Virus record (IMG/VR): IMGVR_UViG_3300020577_012950 | Coordinates: 36,117-68,116 of that record | Reading direction: 5' to 3' (one strand) | Length of the DNA: 32,000 bases | DNA from: a virus | Shown: positions 30,386-32,000 of the stretch, one piece after another | How positions within the stretch are numbered: the stretch's first letter is position 1 | Layout of the letters: every line of letters begins with the position of its first letter | Made by a program: the position numbers and the translations under genes | The notes under the pieces: model-generated | What the model was told of the DNA's origin: nothing | The model's input: the letters and a program-made list of their open reading frames with translations, nothing else | The model's database searches: none

Positions 30386-30391
30386 CGCCTC

Positions 30392-30679
30392 ATGCGAACC
30401 CCCAAATACGTCATGTCCGCTCACGCCGACCTCAAAGCCGCTCTGATTGACGCCATCCAGAACCGTGAGTTCGGCTCAGCCCAGAAAATCCTGGACTGCA
30501 TCGTCTGCCTCTCCACCATCACGCCGGCATTCGACCCCACCACCCTCAACGACACCGAGAAGACGATGGTGAAGGAGGGTCAGATCATCCCCGCCATCAA
30601 GGCGGTCCGGACCCGCACCGGCGTGGGGCTCGTCGAAGCCAAAAACCTCGTTGTCGCCTACCGGGACATGGGCTGCTGA
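30392..30679 (+). CDS. small protein (95 aa) ending in a ribosomal bL12 (L7/L12) C-terminal-domain-like motif
   Basis: IIPAIKAVRTRTGVGLVEAKNLV resembles the bL12 CTD core (v.vIKavR..TGLGLKEAKdLVe). Start is chosen at ATG 30392 from promoter geometry. The track ORF extends upstream to 30320, and a further ATG lies at 30413. Confidence 0.6.
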   Translation: MRTPKYVMSAHADLKAALIDAIQNREFGSAQKILDCIVCLSTITPAFDPTTLNDTEKTMVKEGQIIPAIKAVRTRTGVGLVEAKNLVVAYRDMGC

Positions 30680-30680
30680 C

Positions 30681-30998
30681 ATGGCCATCAAGTTCGAGAA
30701 AATCACCGCCGGCATGATGCTGTACGACCGCCACCGCTACCGCATGGGCAACACGACGATGACCAACATCGGCGAGTGGGACGTGGAGGTCGTCAGTATT
30801 GACCCCGACACCTGCACGGCCAGGGTGCGTTGGAACGGAAACAGAGAGCAGGTCTACCATAAGCACCAGCTGGAAAGGCTCAGCACCTGGAGCATGCACG
30901 GCAAAGACGTCGTCGTGAAGCGGTCGTCAATGTTCGGTGCCGTTTTGAAGGTCCGGAAGATGACCAAAGCCGAAAAACTCGCAGCAGGTATCAAGTAG
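30681..30998 (+). CDS. hypothetical protein (105 aa)
   Basis: Start is at ATG 30681 (MAIKFEKITAGMMLYDRHRYRMGNTTM), 2 nt after the upstream TGA. The track's 10-codon extension overlaps the previous gene. Confidence 0.65.
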   Translation: MAIKFEKITAGMMLYDRHRYRMGNTTMTNIGEWDVEVVSIDPDTCTARVRWNGNREQVYHKHQLERLSTWSMHGKDVVVKRSSMFGAVLKVRKMTKAEKLAAGIK

Positions 30999-31024
30999 CA
31001 CTCACCCAAAACCAAGGAGCAAAC

Positions 31025-31477
31025 ATGAGCGACGCATCAGGCATGGCCTACCGTAAAGGGCAATTCACCATCAACGACGACACCATCTTCGAGCTGCTCC
31101 AGGAAACGGGCGGGGCCGGTGCCCGGAACGATGAACTCTGGTCGAAGTGGCGGGACGGCAAAGACGTCTCGGAGACTCAGATTCACAGCTTCCAGAACCA
31201 AATCATCGGTCGGACCTCAGAGCTGCTCCGCAAGGGCCTGCTCATCGCCAAGAAGGAGAACTACACCGGCGAGAACGGAGCCGTGACGCAGCGCAGCCGC
31301 TACTTCCTGGCCCCGGTCAAGGGCGTGGAGCGCCGCAAGCTGACCGACGTCCTCCGGGAAGAGAACGAGAAGCTTCTCGCGGATCTGAAGGAGCTGCGGA
31401 CGAAGTACGAGGTCGCGTGCCGGAGCATCGACCGGATGGAGCTGCAGATCCGCAACCAGAACCGGATGTCGGCGTGA
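31025..31477 (+). CDS. hypothetical protein (150 aa): winged-helix-like N-terminal half plus coiled-coil tail
   Basis: An AAGGAG SD is present. ...IIGRTSELLRKGLLIAKKENYTGENGAVTQRSRYFL... looks like a recognition helix plus wing. The C-terminus LREENEKLLADLKELRTKYE is coiled coil. The fold call is weak. Confidence 0.65.
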   Translation: MSDASGMAYRKGQFTINDDTIFELLQETGGAGARNDELWSKWRDGKDVSETQIHSFQNQIIGRTSELLRKGLLIAKKENYTGENGAVTQRSRYFLAPVKGVERRKLTDVLREENEKLLADLKELRTKYEVACRSIDRMELQIRNQNRMSA

Positions 31478-32000
31478 CGGACGAAGCCCCGGTTCCAGTC
31501 CAGACTGACCGCTGGGGGCGACCCATCCCGACGCGAATCCAAGACAAGACGGGCCGAGACATCAAGCCCGGCGATTTCCTGGTTGTCGGCCATGCTGCAG
31601 GTCGGACCTCGACCCTGAAATTCCTGAAGGTGGCCGGAGTCAACATTCCCCAGCAGTCGATTCGCGCCCTGGAGACCCTCAAGTGGCGCCGCGACTTCAA
31701 CTACCAGCGCATTCCACCGGACCCGACACAGAAACCCAGGGGCAGCGACTACACGCACCTCACGTACCCGAGTCGGATGCTGATTGTCGACCGACACGTC
31801 ATCCCCAAGGAGGTGGCAGCGGTGCTGGACCGAGCTGAGCTGAACGAGCCAATCACACCTCTGCTCTGTGCCGGCTGCAAGATTGTCCAGGTTCAAGATG
31901 AGCAGGCTCGGGAGGTCGGCTCACCCCTCTACTTCCGGTTCGGTGACCAGACCCGAGTCTTCTGCGGTACCTGCGGCCAAATCGTCTTCGGCGAGATTGA
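31474..32000 (+). CDS. hypothetical protein, N-terminal 175 codons (runs off the window end), GTG start
   Basis: The frame is open from GTG 31474 (GTGA overlap with the upstream stop) to the window end. The ORF reads VTDEAPVPVQTDRWGRPIPTRIQDKTGRDIKPGDFLVVGH...CAGCKIVQV...FCGTCGQIVFGEI. Third positions are G/C-rich. It is not in the track because it is truncated or non-ATG. Confidence 0.55.
   Translation, partial: MTDEAPVPVQTDRWGRPIPTRIQDKTGRDIKPGDFLVVGHAAGRTSTLKFLKVAGVNIPQQSIRALETLKWRRDFNYQRIPPDPTQKPRGSDYTHLTYPSRMLIVDRHVIPKEVAAVLDRAELNEPITPLLCAGCKIVQVQDEQAREVGSPLYFRFGDQTRVFCGTCGQIVFGEI

Overview
This window is densely coded sequence, about 60% G+C by eye. I read it as part of a large contractile-tailed phage or prophage. 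No rRNA, CRISPR array, integrase or transposase is visible.

**Layout**
- **Minus-strand late-looking block (19629 -> 1).** It encodes a 550-aa protein with a minimal GGDEF/Cas10-type palm (mCpol-like) domain, then a neck-like protein. A tail-fibre module follows: three small fibre-type ORFs, a Gly-rich protein, and a 918-aa LamG fibre with about 30 copies of a 20-aa repeat. Next come an internally duplicated 624-aa protein, a 1281-aa HExxH giant protein, tail sheath, tail tube, endonuclease VII and small Cys-rich ORFans.
- **Plus-strand block (19687 -> 25179).** It encodes a type-I phosphoribosyltransferase, dNMP kinase, 5'(3')-deoxyribonucleotidase, small ORFans and one tRNA-like gene, and ends in a strong hairpin terminator.
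- **Mixed block (25257 -> 32000).** It encodes a PTH2-like hydrolase, a GH108 endolysin operon and a protein with a bL12 C-terminal-domain motif.

**Most interesting observations**
1. The phage-borne mCpol-like cyclase domain sits back to back with the PRTase.
2. A recurrent YAATCTT element lies upstream of seven minus-strand gene starts.
3. A consistent leaderless geometry recurs, with a -10 element 6-8 nt from the ATG and no SD. This includes a 57-bp divergent region where both genes look leaderless.
4. The tRNA-like gene has an atypical anticodon loop. It is preceded by two decayed related units and abuts the next ATG.

**Limits.** All functional calls are motif recognition by eye. No searches were run. 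The many long ORFs opposite the called genes are treated as high-GC shadow ORFs.
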